A DNA stretch of 64,000 bases from an uncultured bacterium. GTDB lineage: Bacteria; Patescibacteriota; Minisyncoccia; SW-4-49-11. A program made the translations under genes and the position numbers. The notes beneath the pieces are model-generated. The model worked only from the letters and a program-made list of their open reading frames with translations, ran no database searches and was not told where the DNA came from. The stretch is taken from the NCBI GenBank assembly GCA_937864235.1, contig CALMJI010000012.1:942-64941 (forward strand), in the 5' to 3' direction. Below are positions 39,502-50,389 of this stretch, piece by piece. Position 1 is the first letter of the stretch. Each line of letters starts with the position of its first letter.

Positions 39502-40012
39502 AGATTTTACCAGCTTGTTTTGGTTTGAGGGGTAGTGCTTTGTCTGCAAATAAGATTCCATCTAGATGGTCGATTTCATGTTGTATAATACGGGCAAAGA
39601 TGCCAGTGGCTTTACCACCTATTTTTTCTCCCTTTAGGTTTAAGCCTTCAAATTCTACACTAGTTGGTCTGACTACATCGGCAAAATAATCTGGTAGAGA
39701 TAGACATCCTTCTTCTATGACTGAAGTGTCTGAGCTGGCTGATTTTATAACTGGGTTTATGATTATGTAATTCTGATCTAATTGGCAATCTGCAAATCCA
39801 GTTTCTTCATAGTATTCGGATGGTACATTGATTAGAATCATTCTAACATTTTGTCCAACTTGAGGTGCAGCAAGCCCTATACCATAATTTGGTCCTATAC
39901 TAGCCTTCATATCTCGAGCTAACTTATGTATGTCTCGAGTTATTTTTTCAATTGGCTGAGATTTAGTTCTAAGAATAGGGTTTTGTAGCCCTGTTTCAAT
40001 GTCTAAAATCAT
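39494..40012 (-). CDS. def: peptide deformylase
   Basis: GIGLAAPQVG, EGCLSLP, QHEIDHLDG motifs; overlaps fmt by 8 nt. Confidence 0.85.
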   Translation of the reverse strand: MILDIETGLQNPILRTKSQPIEKITRDIHKLARDMKASIGPNYGIGLAAPQVGQNVRMILINVPSEYYEETGFADCQLDQNYIIINPVIKSASSDTSVIEEGCLSLPDYFADVVRPTSVEFEGLNLKGEKIGGKATGIFARIIQHEIDHLDGILFADKALPLKPKQAGKIYV

Positions 40013-40155
40013 ATTGAAGTTATAGTAATATAGTTTATATAATACCATAAAATGGCACAAATAGCAAGTATATATAGTCTATTTAGCCCCAGCTATTCTC
40101 AAAATTCTAATATTGTGATATAATTAGTTTCAAATAATACCTACATATATATATT

Positions 40156-41643
40156 ATGAAAGAATACGAAGCAATTATTGGAATGGAGGTTCATGTTGAA
40201 TCTAAAACAAAATCTAAAATGTTCTGTTCCTGTGTGAATGGGTTAGGGCTTGAAGATAAGCCTAATATTCATATTTGCCCTATTTGTACTGGGCATCCTG
40301 GAACCTTACCAGTGCCTAATCGTGAGGCTTTGGTAAAATTAGCTAGATTCGGTCAAGCTTTGAACTGTCAAATTTCCGATTATACTTGGTTTGAAAGAAA
40401 AAGCTATTTTTATCCAGATTTACCCAAAGGTTATCAGATTACTCAGTATGAAAGACCACTTTGTTATGATGGTGAAATTGAAATTCTAACTTCCAAAGGA
40501 GCTAAGCATATTCGAATTACTAGAATTCATATGGAGGAGGATACAGGAAAACTCTCCCATATCAATGGTAAGACAGTGGTGGATTATAATCGTGCGGGAC
40601 TTCCATTGATGGAATTAGTTACAGAACCAGATATTCGTACTGCTGAGGAGGCTAAGATTTTTTGTGAAGAATTGCAGTTAATTTTGAGATATTTGGATAT
40701 CTCTGACGGGGATATGGATAAGGGGCAGATGCGATGTGAGGTTAATATATCTCTTAGAGAAAAGGGGACAGAAAAATTTGGAACTAAAGTTGAGATTAAA
40801 AATCTGAATTCATTTAGAGTTGTAGAACAAGCGATTGCATATGAAATCGCAAGACAATCTGAAGTTTTAAGTCAAGGTGACGAAGTAGTACAGGAGACTA
40901 GAGGTTGGGATGATGCACAAGCTATTACTTTTAGTCAAAGGAAAAAAGAAAATGCTAATGATTATCGTTATTTTGTTGAGCCAGATATTCCTCCATTTAA
41001 TACAGCTGAAATTGTAGCTGATGCATCTAGTATTAAAGCAGAATTACCGATTGCTAAGAGAAAAAGATTTGCTACTCAATATAATTTACCAACTCAGCAA
41101 ATTGAAGTTTTGGTTAAAAATAAATCTCTAGCAGATTACTTTGAACAAGTAATTTCAGAATTAGAAGGCTGGATTAAAGCTGAAAATAAAAATATATCTA
41201 CAGATGAGAACTTAAAGTTGGTCAAATTATCTGCTAATTATCTTTTGACTGAAATGATTAAGCATTATGCTGAGAGAGGTGTTACATTTAAGGAATCTCC
41301 TATTACGGCTGAAAATTATGCTGAATTTATTAAGATTGTCTTTAGTGGAGAGGTTTCTTCCACTGGAGCTCAGACTTTATTATTACAAATGTTAGAGACT
41401 GGCTCTGATCCTAGTGAAATTGTAGAGTCTCAGGGATTGCGACAGGTCAATGACACTGAGGCTTTGCAAAAAATCGTAGATCAAGTAATTCAGGAGCAGT
41501 CAAAAGTGGTCTTAGATTATAAAAATGGTAATGGAAATGTGATACAATTCTTAGTGGGACAGGTTATGAGATATTCTAAAGGTAGTGCAAATCCACAAAT
41601 TGCTAAACAACTATTACACGATACTATTACTCAGAATAAATAA
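40156..41643 (+). CDS. gatB: Asp/Glu-tRNA(Asn/Gln) amidotransferase subunit B
   Basis: EAIIGMEVHVE start, C-terminal GatB/YqeY domain. Confidence 0.9.
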   Translation: MKEYEAIIGMEVHVESKTKSKMFCSCVNGLGLEDKPNIHICPICTGHPGTLPVPNREALVKLARFGQALNCQISDYTWFERKSYFYPDLPKGYQITQYERPLCYDGEIEILTSKGAKHIRITRIHMEEDTGKLSHINGKTVVDYNRAGLPLMELVTEPDIRTAEEAKIFCEELQLILRYLDISDGDMDKGQMRCEVNISLREKGTEKFGTKVEIKNLNSFRVVEQAIAYEIARQSEVLSQGDEVVQETRGWDDAQAITFSQRKKENANDYRYFVEPDIPPFNTAEIVADASSIKAELPIAKRKRFATQYNLPTQQIEVLVKNKSLADYFEQVISELEGWIKAENKNISTDENLKLVKLSANYLLTEMIKHYAERGVTFKESPITAENYAEFIKIVFSGEVSSTGAQTLLLQMLETGSDPSEIVESQGLRQVNDTEALQKIVDQVIQEQSKVVLDYKNGNGNVIQFLVGQVMRYSKGSANPQIAKQLLHDTITQNK

Positions 41644-41649
41644 TCCAAT

Positions 41650-42237
41650 ATGCAGATACAATGGCACAATAATACAACTCTCACAATCAAAGGTAAAGAC
41701 TATAGGGTAGTGGTAAATCCAATTATAGAAGAGAGTTCCAAATCAATTATTCCTATTAAAGAGAATGATTTGACCATATCTACTAATAAAATTATATATG
41801 ATAATACTAAAGGGTATAATATCAGTGGAGCAGGTGAATATTCTTATCAGGGGGTTACAGTAAGAGTTAGATCTGTCCGACAAGATTCAGCTGAGAGTAC
41901 TTTTAACTTAGTCTCATTGTCTGCAGAAGGGATGTTAGTTGGTTTGGTTATAGGTATTAAGGCAGAACTACAAGCAGCTGATTTGGAGTTTTTGGGAAGT
42001 CCGGATATTCTGATAATGTCTATGTCGAGTTCTTTTGGTTCAGAGAAGTCAATCCAATTAATAAATGCAGTAGAGCCCAGAATAGTTGTCCCGATTTATG
42101 AGACGGAATCTCAATTACAGGCTTTGAGTAGTGAGTATGGAGTTAAACAAGAACCTCAAGCTGAATTTGGTATTAAAAAAGCAGACTTACCTTTTGATAC
42201 TGTTGAGATCAAAGCTTTAGAACCTCAGATTAAATAG
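41650..42237 (+). CDS. degenerate UPF0173-like metallo-beta-lactamase-fold protein (metal-binding His residues absent)
   Basis: N-terminal [13 protein letters not shown]...VVVNPI and C-terminal [11 protein letters not shown] resemble the UPF0173 MBL-fold family but no HxHxDH motif; only one His in the protein. Confidence 0.3.
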   Translation: MQIQWHNNTTLTIKGKDYRVVVNPIIEESSKSIIPIKENDLTISTNKIIYDNTKGYNISGAGEYSYQGVTVRVRSVRQDSAESTFNLVSLSAEGMLVGLVIGIKAELQAADLEFLGSPDILIMSMSSSFGSEKSIQLINAVEPRIVVPIYETESQLQALSSEYGVKQEPQAEFGIKKADLPFDTVEIKALEPQIK

Positions 42238-42245
42238 TTAAAATT

Positions 42246-44741
42246 ATGGCTACAGAAGATACTAATATCCAAAAGATTGAAAATATGGGTAATATCGAAT
42301 TGACAGATATTGTCTCAGAAATGGAAAATGCCTACATTGACTATTCAATGAGTGTGATTATAGATAGAGCTTTACCAGATGTAAGAGATGGGTTGAAGCC
42401 AGTGCATAGAAGAATTTTATATGCTATGCATGAACTTGGTTTAAGGCCTGAGGCTAAATTTAGGAAGTCTGCTACCATTGTTGGAGATGTTCTTGGTAAA
42501 TATCATCCACATGGTGACACTGCCGTATATGATTCTCTTGTCCGTATGGCGCAAGATTTTTCTCTTCGATATACATTAGTCAACGGTCAGGGAAACTTTG
42601 GCTCTATGGATGGTGATTCAGCTGCTGCTATGAGATATACTGAGGCTAAAATGGCTAAGATTACTCGTGAGATGCTTGTTGATATTGATAAAAATACAGT
42701 TAACTTTGTCCCCAATTATGATGGTAGTCGCAATGAGCCTACTGTTTTACCAGCTAGAGTACCTAATTTGCTAATCAATGGAGGAACTGGAATTGCTGTT
42801 GGTATGGCGACAAATATTCCCCCACATAACTTAAAAGAAGTAGTAGGGGCTACCATTGCTTTAATTGAAAATCCTGAGATTACCATCGAGGAATTATTGA
42901 AATTTGTCAAAGGTCCGGATTTTCCAACTGGTGGAGAATTATATAATATAGATAATATTAGACAAGTTTATGCTACTGGTAGAGGACCTCTTGTAACTAG
43001 AGCTAAAGCTGAGATTATAGAAAGAGGTAAAAAGGGGAATGCCTTTGATATTATTGTCTCCGAAATGACATATCAGACTAATAAGGCTACTTTGATTGAG
43101 AAAATGGCTAATTTAGTTCGTGATAAAAAATTAGACGGAATTAAGGATATTAGAGACGAGTCTGATAGAGACGGGGTTAGAGTAGTAATTGAGTTAAAAT
43201 CTGATGCTTATCCACAAAAAGTATTGAATAAACTCTATAAACTTACTGATTTACAAAAAACCTATCATGTCAATATGCTTGCCCTTTGTGATGGGATAGA
43301 GCCAAAGACTTTATCTCTCAAACAAGCACTACAGTACTACATTACCCATCGTAAAGAAGTTGTAATCAGAAAAACTGAGTTTGAATTGCAACAAGCCAAA
43401 GACCGAGCCCATATTTTGGAAGGTCTAAAAAAGGCACTGGACTTTATTGACGAGGTAATTAGTATTATTAGAGGTTCTGAGAGTAAAGAAATTGCTAAAG
43501 TTAACTTGATCAAAAGATTTGAATTTAGTCAAGTTCAAGCTCAGGCAATTCTAGATATGAGGTTACAGACCTTGGCAGGTTTAGAGCGACAGAAGATTCT
43601 GGATGAGTTAGCTGAGTTAGTCTTATTGATTCAAGAATTAGAAGCAATTCTAGCTTCAGAAGAGAGAATATTTGCAATTATAAAAAATGATTTACAAGAA
43701 GTATCAGATCAATATGGAGATGAGAGAAAAACTAGAGTCTTCAAAGAAGATTTAGGAGATTTCAAAGAAACAGATTTTATTCCAAATGAGGACACAATTA
43801 TAATTTTGACCAAAGATGGATATATCAAAAGAGTAGATCCTAAAGAATATCGTTCTCAAAGACGAGGTGGAGTTGGAGTGTCTGGAGTGAAAACTAGAGA
43901 TGATGATGCTGTCTCAATTTTCTTGCATACTAATACACATGCCAAATTATTATTCTTTACTAATAATGGTAGAGTTTTGAAGCTGAAGGCTTATGAAATT
44001 CCACAAGGATCCAGAATAGCTAAAGGTCAATCAATTGTAAATTTCTTAGAATTATCCAAACAAGAGCAGATTCAATCTATTCTTCCAACAGAAGATTCCC
44101 CAAACAGTTTTATCTCTATTGTAACAAAACTAGGAATTATCAAAAAAAGTGCAATGTCAGTCTATGCTAATGTCAGAAAAGGTGGAATTATAGCTATTAA
44201 TTTGAAAGATAATGATACTTTAATACAAGCTACTGTGACTTGTCCGGATGATGATATTATATTATTTACTACTCAAGGTAAAGCTATTAGATTTGCTCAG
44301 GAAGAATTAAGACCAATGGGAAGAACAGCAGCTGGAGTCAAAGCTATGACACTCAAATCAGATGATACTGTCCTTGCTATGCAAACTATTCGCTCCGGAG
44401 ATGAGCAAGGTTGGCTAGTAATTGCAACATCCTATGGTTATGGCAAAAAGAGTAAACTTAGTCACTATAAAGTTCAAAAACGAGGAGGAAGTGGAGTAAA
44501 AGTATCCAAAATTACCACTAAAACTGGTCCAGTAATCGGAGCTCAAGTAGTAACTTCTGAGAGTAAAGAATTAATTGCAATTTCCCTAGGGGGTAACATA
44601 ATTAAACTAAATATTCAAAAAGATATCCCAACTCTGTCTAGAGATACTCAGGGCGTTAAAATTATGAGATTAAGCCAAGATGATAGTATAGCTTCTATTG
44701 CAGTTACAACTGAAGATGAGCCAGAAGAAGAAACAGAATAA
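42246..44741 (+). CDS. gyrA: DNA gyrase subunit A
   Basis: AMRYTE active-site Tyr context, [17 protein letters not shown]-terminal beta-pinwheel repeats. Confidence 0.95.
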   Translation: MATEDTNIQKIENMGNIELTDIVSEMENAYIDYSMSVIIDRALPDVRDGLKPVHRRILYAMHELGLRPEAKFRKSATIVGDVLGKYHPHGDTAVYDSLVRMAQDFSLRYTLVNGQGNFGSMDGDSAAAMRYTEAKMAKITREMLVDIDKNTVNFVPNYDGSRNEPTVLPARVPNLLINGGTGIAVGMATNIPPHNLKEVVGATIALIENPEITIEELLKFVKGPDFPTGGELYNIDNIRQVYATGRGPLVTRAKAEIIERGKKGNAFDIIVSEMTYQTNKATLIEKMANLVRDKKLDGIKDIRDESDRDGVRVVIELKSDAYPQKVLNKLYKLTDLQKTYHVNMLALCDGIEPKTLSLKQALQYYITHRKEVVIRKTEFELQQAKDRAHILEGLKKALDFIDEVISIIRGSESKEIAKVNLIKRFEFSQVQAQAILDMRLQTLAGLERQKILDELAELVLLIQELEAILASEERIFAIIKNDLQEVSDQYGDERKTRVFKEDLGDFKETDFIPNEDTIIILTKDGYIKRVDPKEYRSQRRGGVGVSGVKTRDDDAVSIFLHTNTHAKLLFFTNNGRVLKLKAYEIPQGSRIAKGQSIVNFLELSKQEQIQSILPTEDSPNSFISIVTKLGIIKKSAMSVYANVRKGGIIAINLKDNDTLIQATVTCPDDDIILFTTQGKAIRFAQEELRPMGRTAAGVKAMTLKSDDTVLAMQTIRSGDEQGWLVIATSYGYGKKSKLSHYKVQKRGGSGVKVSKITTKTGPVIGAQVVTSESKELIAISLGGNIIKLNIQKDIPTLSRDTQGVKIMRLSQDDSIASIAVTTEDEPEEETE

Positions 44742-44822
44742 AAAATTTGACTATTCATCTAAAATCACTTATACTTAAAATAAGTTCTAATATTTAAATC
44801 AATTCCAAAACTAAAATAAATT

Positions 44823-45362
44823 ATGCTAGATCAATCTAATAGATTTTTATCACCAAGAGAAATAGTAGAACAATTTGGTATGAATCCTAGCGCTCAAGTT
44901 GCAGATTTTGGGAGTGGGGCTGGAGACTTTGCAATTGCAATCGCTCAGATGATTGCACCCAAAGGTAAGGTCTATGCTATTGATGTTCTAGAATCCGCCC
45001 ATCAATCATTAAGAAGTAGGTCTAAAATAAAAGGAATTACTAATATAGAACTTATTTTAGCTAATCTAGAATGTGAATCAGGCTCTAATCTACCAAAAGA
45101 TTCGTTAGATTTAGTAATGATTCATAATATTATGTTTCAAGTTAATAATAAAAAAAATCTAATTCAAGAAGCATATAGGGTTCTCAAAGATTCTGGAAGA
45201 TTAGCTATAATTGAGTGGGATATGATAAGCCCCATTGGTCCTCCTAAAAATTTAAGATTACCAGAAAGAGAAGTAGTGTCTTTAATTCAGAATAATGGAT
45301 TTGTGATAGAAGATAGGATTGAAACTGGTAAATATCATTATGGATATATATTTAATAAATAA
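44823..45362 (+). CDS. class I SAM-dependent methyltransferase
   Basis: VADFGSGAGDF motif I. Confidence 0.7.
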   Translation: MLDQSNRFLSPREIVEQFGMNPSAQVADFGSGAGDFAIAIAQMIAPKGKVYAIDVLESAHQSLRSRSKIKGITNIELILANLECESGSNLPKDSLDLVMIHNIMFQVNNKKNLIQEAYRVLKDSGRLAIIEWDMISPIGPPKNLRLPEREVVSLIQNNGFVIEDRIETGKYHYGYIFNK

Positions 45363-45367
45363 TAATT

Positions 45368-46714
45368 ATGGCTAGAAGCACATCTTTAGATTCATTTGTC
45401 AAAAATCGTAAAGTCATCATAGTAGCTGGAGTGTTTATGACAGCTATGATTATATTGATGCTAGCTGTTGCTTTAGGTTTCAACCCTAGAAGAGGGCAAA
45501 CATTACAAAATGCAGATTTGATAATGTGGGGGTTGTGGGATGATAGTGAATTGATGAATAAGTATATATCTGAGTTCAGAAAACAATATGGTAATATCAA
45601 AATAGAATACCGTAAACTAACTCCTCAAGAATATGAAACAGAACTAGTAAATGCATTAGCCGAGAATAGAGGCCCTGATATATTTGCAATGCATCACACA
45701 TGGTATAGTAAACATAAAAACAAGTTAGCTCCAATGTCAGAAGAAATAATGACACTAAAAGACTATAAGGATCGATTTGTAGATGTAGTCTATGATGACT
45801 TTGTGGTGGATGATAAAGTGTATGGATTTCCTTTTTACACGGATACTTTGGCTTTATTTTATAATAAAGATGCTTTTAATGATGCTGGCATAGTAAGTCC
45901 ACCAAGAACTTGGCAAGAAGTACAACAAATCGTACCTAGATTAACTAAAATCGACCCATTTGGAAATATAACCCAAGCTGGTATAGCTTTGGGGACAGGT
46001 GATAATATTAATAGATCTCCAGACTTATTATCAGTATTAATGTTACAATCTGGAGCTCAAATGACAGATCCCAATGATTATACAAAGATTACTTTTAATC
46101 AAAATAGATCACAAAGCGGACAAGATATTAATCCAGCAGATTTAGCCTTAGAATATTATACAGATTTTGCTAATCCTCGTAAAACTGTATATAATTGGAA
46201 TTCTACTTTAGATAATTCTATAGATGCTTTTTATGAAAGAGAAGTGGCGATGATGATAACCTATTCATATCAGGTAGAAGCTATCAAGGCTAAAGCTCCT
46301 AGATTAAATTTTGCAGTAGCCCCGCTACCACAAGTGTCCCTTGAATCTGGACTTGCCAATTATGCTAATTATTGGGGATACGGAGTGAGTAGTCAATCTA
46401 AATATTCTAATGAAGCTTATACATTTTTGAAATTTATGACTGAAAAAGAGCAGTCTCAAGAATATTTTCTTAACACCAAAAGACCAACTCCAAGGAGAGA
46501 TTTGATAGAAGTACAATCTCAAGACTTAGATTATGGAGTCTTTGTAAATCAGGTATTACAAGCCAAAACTTGGCGACAACCAGATAATAATACTGTAGAT
46601 AAAATTTTGATAGAAGCTATTAATAATGTAAATTTAGGCTTATTTAGTTATAGTCGAGCAATGTCCCAAGCCCAAGCTCAAATACAAGCCCTAGCAGATA
46701 ATTTTGCAAAATGA
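45368..46714 (+). CDS. membrane-anchored extracellular solute-binding protein (ABC-type SBP family 1-like)
   Basis: N-terminal TM anchor, about 420-aa periplasmic-binding-protein-like body; no adjacent permease genes. Confidence 0.45.
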   Translation: MARSTSLDSFVKNRKVIIVAGVFMTAMIILMLAVALGFNPRRGQTLQNADLIMWGLWDDSELMNKYISEFRKQYGNIKIEYRKLTPQEYETELVNALAENRGPDIFAMHHTWYSKHKNKLAPMSEEIMTLKDYKDRFVDVVYDDFVVDDKVYGFPFYTDTLALFYNKDAFNDAGIVSPPRTWQEVQQIVPRLTKIDPFGNITQAGIALGTGDNINRSPDLLSVLMLQSGAQMTDPNDYTKITFNQNRSQSGQDINPADLALEYYTDFANPRKTVYNWNSTLDNSIDAFYEREVAMMITYSYQVEAIKAKAPRLNFAVAPLPQVSLESGLANYANYWGYGVSSQSKYSNEAYTFLKFMTEKEQSQEYFLNTKRPTPRRDLIEVQSQDLDYGVFVNQVLQAKTWRQPDNNTVDKILIEAINNVNLGLFSYSRAMSQAQAQIQALADNFAK

Positions 46715-47808
46715 AAAGTTTAAGTTTAATAAAAATATATCCATTTATTATATTAACAACTTTTGTATTGATTAGTTTAATTTTTAATTTAGAACTACTA
46801 CAAGCTCAAACAGCTCCTACTACAACTCCTCCATCTCAATCTAATTCTACTACATCTGGTACAAATACTCCCAATTCTTCTCAACCTGGTTCTAATAATC
46901 CTACACAGACTAATCAACAGACATCTCCAGGAGGAGCTACCGGCTCAGAATCAGGACTAGTAAAATGTGGGACAAGTCGAGATTGTACAATTTGTGATAT
47001 ATTTATTTTAGTAAGAGATATATTTAACTTTGCTTTAGGTTTATTGGCTGCTCTGGCAGTTTTGAGTATAGTCATAGGAGGATTATATGTAGTTACTTCA
47101 GCAGGTAACTCCGGCAGAGTTAGTGAAGGATATAGTATTATCACCAATGCAGTCATAGGATTACTCTTAGTAATGGCAAGCTTTTTATTATTTAGTTTTG
47201 TATTAGTAGCATTAGGCTTCCAATCAGCCAATTTCTCAGCCGTATTTGACTTTCAAGAAGGACAAATCTTCAGTGTAAAATGCGATAATGCCAGTGCTTT
47301 TAATGATAGAGGAACGGGAGGGGGAGGACAGGGAGTACTTGGTAGTGGAGGTAGTGATCCCTCGACAATTAGCTGTGCAAGTATTACTGATGCAGTAAAA
47401 TCTGATCTTAATAATGCTAGCTCTCAGACTGGAGTCCCGGCTGAATTATTAGCTGGGTTTATGCAAAGAGAATGTCCAGCAGCATTTAATAATCCTAATG
47501 CTTGTCCAAATGAAAATTATGCTGGTGCAGCAGGAGCTGGTCAATTTTTACAGAGTAGTTGGAATGAATTAGGTTGTTCAGGTAGTAGAACTAATCGTAG
47601 GGATGCTTTGGTTTGTATGGGTAAACATTTAAAAAGATATAATAAATGCTCTAGTCAATGTAATGGATATAGTGATTTTTCATCTAGATCCTGTGTTGAC
47701 TGCGTAGCTGGAGATTATTGTGGAGCTTGTAGTGGTGCATCTGCTTGTGGCGGTAATTATTGTCAAGGGGTATGGAATAATTATCAAAACTTTAAAAAAT
47801 GCCAATAA
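46711..47808 (+). CDS. TrbC/VirB2-like pilin module fused to a Cys-rich lytic-transglycosylase (SLT)-like domain
   Basis: Signal peptide, Thr/Ser/Pro-rich linker, two hydrophobic helices (LGLLAALAVLSIVIGGLYVVTSAGNSG...NAVIGLLLVMASFLLFSF), then MQRECPAAFNNPNA...AGAAGAGQFLQSSW (SLT-like E..NP..GA.G..Q motif) and 20 Cys. Confidence 0.5.
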   Translation: MKSLSLIKIYPFIILTTFVLISLIFNLELLQAQTAPTTTPPSQSNSTTSGTNTPNSSQPGSNNPTQTNQQTSPGGATGSESGLVKCGTSRDCTICDIFILVRDIFNFALGLLAALAVLSIVIGGLYVVTSAGNSGRVSEGYSIITNAVIGLLLVMASFLLFSFVLVALGFQSANFSAVFDFQEGQIFSVKCDNASAFNDRGTGGGGQGVLGSGGSDPSTISCASITDAVKSDLNNASSQTGVPAELLAGFMQRECPAAFNNPNACPNENYAGAAGAGQFLQSSWNELGCSGSRTNRRDALVCMGKHLKRYNKCSSQCNGYSDFSSRSCVDCVAGDYCGACSGASACGGNYCQGVWNNYQNFKKCQ

Positions 47809-47809
47809 T

Positions 47810-48916
47810 ATGAAAAAACAATATATAATAGTTATTTTGTATCTGTTTGCTAATATTAGTAAAATAGCTGTAGCTAATGCTAGTATTGATAATTATTTTC
47901 TATATAATACTTATTCTCAAAATAATGAAATATTATACTTTGACAAATATGATGGAACCATATATAAGCAGGACTTATCAAATGGTTCAAAAGAAACTAT
48001 ATTTGATTTAATTCCATCAGACACAGATATTGTACAAATATCTCCCGACAAAACTAAAATGTTAATATATACATCTAATATTTCATATCCAAAATATAAT
48101 GCTCCATTCTTTGACTCTACACAAAAATCACCAGATAAAAGATGGTGGATATATGACTTTAATACACAAAATAAAAAAATACTTAACGCAAAAATTAATT
48201 TAGCTACTTGGTATTCTGAGAATGAGATAGTATATGTATTTGATAATAAGGATATATCCATAGCTCCAGTTAATAATCTAAATGATTTTAATACTTTGTA
48301 CTCAAAATTACAATCAACTGTGGATACTAATAAATTAATAATTGCTAATGCAGAAAATCAAATAGTTCCTTTGAAAGAAGGTTATATTATAGGTAGTAAC
48401 AACAAATTTAAGTATATTAAAAATAATAACTATAATATTGTCGCCAACCCAAATTTGGATATATTCTTAGAGTATAATAATAATCAGGTTAAAATATTAG
48501 ATTGGAGTGGGAATCAGAAATTAGTTTTAGAGAATTTAAGCATTAAAAATACTGTTATTTTAAATAATACAGAATTTATTGTTTTATTGCAAAATAGTCA
48601 GTTGGTAAAGTATAACTTACAGAAACAAGAATTAGCAAGAGTTACAATTGAACCTACCATTACAAACATATATCCAATTGGAGAGTCAGATAATTCCTTC
48701 TTAATTCAGCAAGATAATACAATATCTTTATATAATATAAATACAAAAGAAAAAGGAGTCTTGCTTTCATCTAGTAAGGATACTACCCCCAACCCCACAA
48801 CCCCAGTCGAAGCAGAAACCACTTCTAATAACTCCAATATACTACTTCTAATAGGTGGAATACTATTCCTAGTAGCTGGAGTAGGAGTCTTTATTTGGAA
48901 ATTAAGAAGAAGATGA
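47810..48916 (+). CDS. secreted protein with C-terminal TM anchor and basic tail
   Basis: Signal peptide MKKQYIIVILYLFANISKIAVANA; C-terminus Thr/Pro linker + LLLIGGILFLVAGVGVFIWKLRRR. Start moved to 47810 (ATG right after the upstream stop). Confidence 0.4.
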   Translation: MKKQYIIVILYLFANISKIAVANASIDNYFLYNTYSQNNEILYFDKYDGTIYKQDLSNGSKETIFDLIPSDTDIVQISPDKTKMLIYTSNISYPKYNAPFFDSTQKSPDKRWWIYDFNTQNKKILNAKINLATWYSENEIVYVFDNKDISIAPVNNLNDFNTLYSKLQSTVDTNKLIIANAENQIVPLKEGYIIGSNNKFKYIKNNNYNIVANPNLDIFLEYNNNQVKILDWSGNQKLVLENLSIKNTVILNNTEFIVLLQNSQLVKYNLQKQELARVTIEPTITNIYPIGESDNSFLIQQDNTISLYNINTKEKGVLLSSSKDTTPNPTTPVEAETTSNNSNILLLIGGILFLVAGVGVFIWKLRRR

Positions 48917-48945
48917 TATAATAATAAATATATTAAATTAATAAT

Positions 48946-49404
48946 ATGAAATATCTATACACAATCAGTTTATGCCTAATATTCTCTTTATTTATGAATA
49001 TTGGTAATGTAAATGCTCAACTTAATCCAGCTCCATCAAATGGAGGTAATACTCCAGCAAACCAGCAAAATACTCCAGATACTGCATCTAATGGAAATAA
49101 CCCAACTGGACTCAGAGAAGGTTTAGATGCTTTCAAAGACGAAGATTCAGGGCTTAACACAGGAGGTACACTAATTGGATATGTAGCTAATATAATCAGA
49201 TGGATACTTGGTATCTTAGGGACAGTATTCTTTGTAATTGTAGTAATCTATGGTTATATTTATATGACAGCAGGAGGTGACTCTGGTAAGACTGCTACAG
49301 CCGCTGGAGCAATTGGGAACGCCGTAGTCGGACTATTGATAATTATGGGAGCCTTTCTAATAACTAATTTTGTGACAAGTGGACTTATTAATAGTGGAGG
49401 ATAA
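48946..49404 (+). CDS. TrbC/VirB2-like pilin-family protein (paralogue 2)
   Basis: Signal peptide; core W.LG..G..F....G..Y.TAGGD.GK......NAVVGLLII..AF. Confidence 0.5.
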   Translation: MKYLYTISLCLIFSLFMNIGNVNAQLNPAPSNGGNTPANQQNTPDTASNGNNPTGLREGLDAFKDEDSGLNTGGTLIGYVANIIRWILGILGTVFFVIVVIYGYIYMTAGGDSGKTATAAGAIGNAVVGLLIIMGAFLITNFVTSGLINSGG

Positions 49405-49452
49405 ATCTTTATAATACTATCAATATATCTAATCTCAGATAAGAATTAAAAT

Positions 49453-49791
49453 ATGTTAAACTCTATAATTTCAGAATTTATAATCAGAACAGCTCAAGCT
49501 CAAGAATCTCCTCCCCCAGTCCTAGCTGTACCTACTGGTACAGGAGTTACAGAGCAAGGTACCTTATTTACTTTTGTTGGCAATATTGTAAGATGGAGTC
49601 TAGGGCTTACGGGAGTAATTTTATTTGTAATAATTATAGTATCTGGATTTAACTATGCGACAGCAGGTGGAGATACTAAAAAAACTCAAGATGCGATATC
49701 TACCATTACTAATGCAGTTATAGGATTATTTATAATAGGATTTGCCTTTGTTATATCTAATACAGTACTAAGTTTTATCTTCGGATTATAA
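49453..49791 (+). CDS. TrbC/VirB2-like pilin-family protein (paralogue 3)
   Basis: IVRWSLGLTGVILFVIIIVSGFNYATAGGDTKKTQ...NAVIGLFIIGFAF. Confidence 0.5.
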   Translation: MLNSIISEFIIRTAQAQESPPPVLAVPTGTGVTEQGTLFTFVGNIVRWSLGLTGVILFVIIIVSGFNYATAGGDTKKTQDAISTITNAVIGLFIIGFAFVISNTVLSFIFGL

Positions 49792-49882
49792 AAAGTTATC
49801 CACATTTTTTACTCTTGCAAACTTTTTTAGATTAGTTTATAATTATATGAGAACTTAATATTAATAATTTATATATATTCAT

Positions 49883-50272
49883 ATGAATACTGTTCAAAGA
49901 TTAAAATCAACATTAAATAGAGTTATATTACCAATCTTATTGCTAGCACCAGTTATTGCAGGTGCTGCAAGACCTGTCCAAGATACTAGACCAATAGGTG
50001 CTATTCCTACAGGAGCTGGTACCTATGAGGCTACTAACTTAATAGGTACAATATCTGTAGTAATTAGATGGGCACTTGGATTTATTGGAATTGTTGTATT
50101 CTTAATTTTCTTATTTGCTGGATTTGAATATGCTACCGCAGGTGGAGATGAGGGTAAAGCTTCAACTGCTCAAAAGAGAATGGTAAACGCTGTAATAGGT
50201 CTCATAATAATATTCTTTGCCTTTGTTGCTTCCAATGCTATATTGTCCTTCATATTCCAACAACAAATCTAA
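49883..50272 (+). CDS. TrbC/VirB2-like pilin-family protein (paralogue 4)
   Basis: VIRWALGFIGIVVFLIFLFAGFEYATAGGDEGK...NAVIGLIIIFFAFVASNAILSFIF. Confidence 0.5.
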   Translation: MNTVQRLKSTLNRVILPILLLAPVIAGAARPVQDTRPIGAIPTGAGTYEATNLIGTISVVIRWALGFIGIVVFLIFLFAGFEYATAGGDEGKASTAQKRMVNAVIGLIIIFFAFVASNAILSFIFQQQI

Positions 50273-50292
50273 ATAAAAGTGATAGATCAAAG

Positions 50293-50326
50293 AAAGAGAG
50301 AGTTTTAAAACTCTCTTTTTTGTTTT
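50293..50326 (+). terminator. rho-independent terminator
   Basis: AAAGAGAGAGTTTT / AAAACTCTCTTTTT hairpin followed by T-run. Confidence 0.55.
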
Positions 50327-50389
50327 TATATGCATTTGATATATATCTAGATTTGTGATACAATAATATTATAATAAATCAATATAGAT

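Noticed and set aside
39494-40060. N-terminal 16-codon extension of def (MCHFMVLYKLYYYNFN)
   Set aside because: Deformylase homology begins at the internal Met (MILDIETGLQNPILR). The extension is AT-codon noise upstream of the true start
47720-47809. Upstream extension of the 398-aa ORF (start at 47720) overlapping the pilin-SLT gene
   Set aside because: An ATG at 47810 lies immediately after the upstream stop and begins a canonical signal peptide (MKKQYIIVILYLF...). The 30-codon extension is probably not translated
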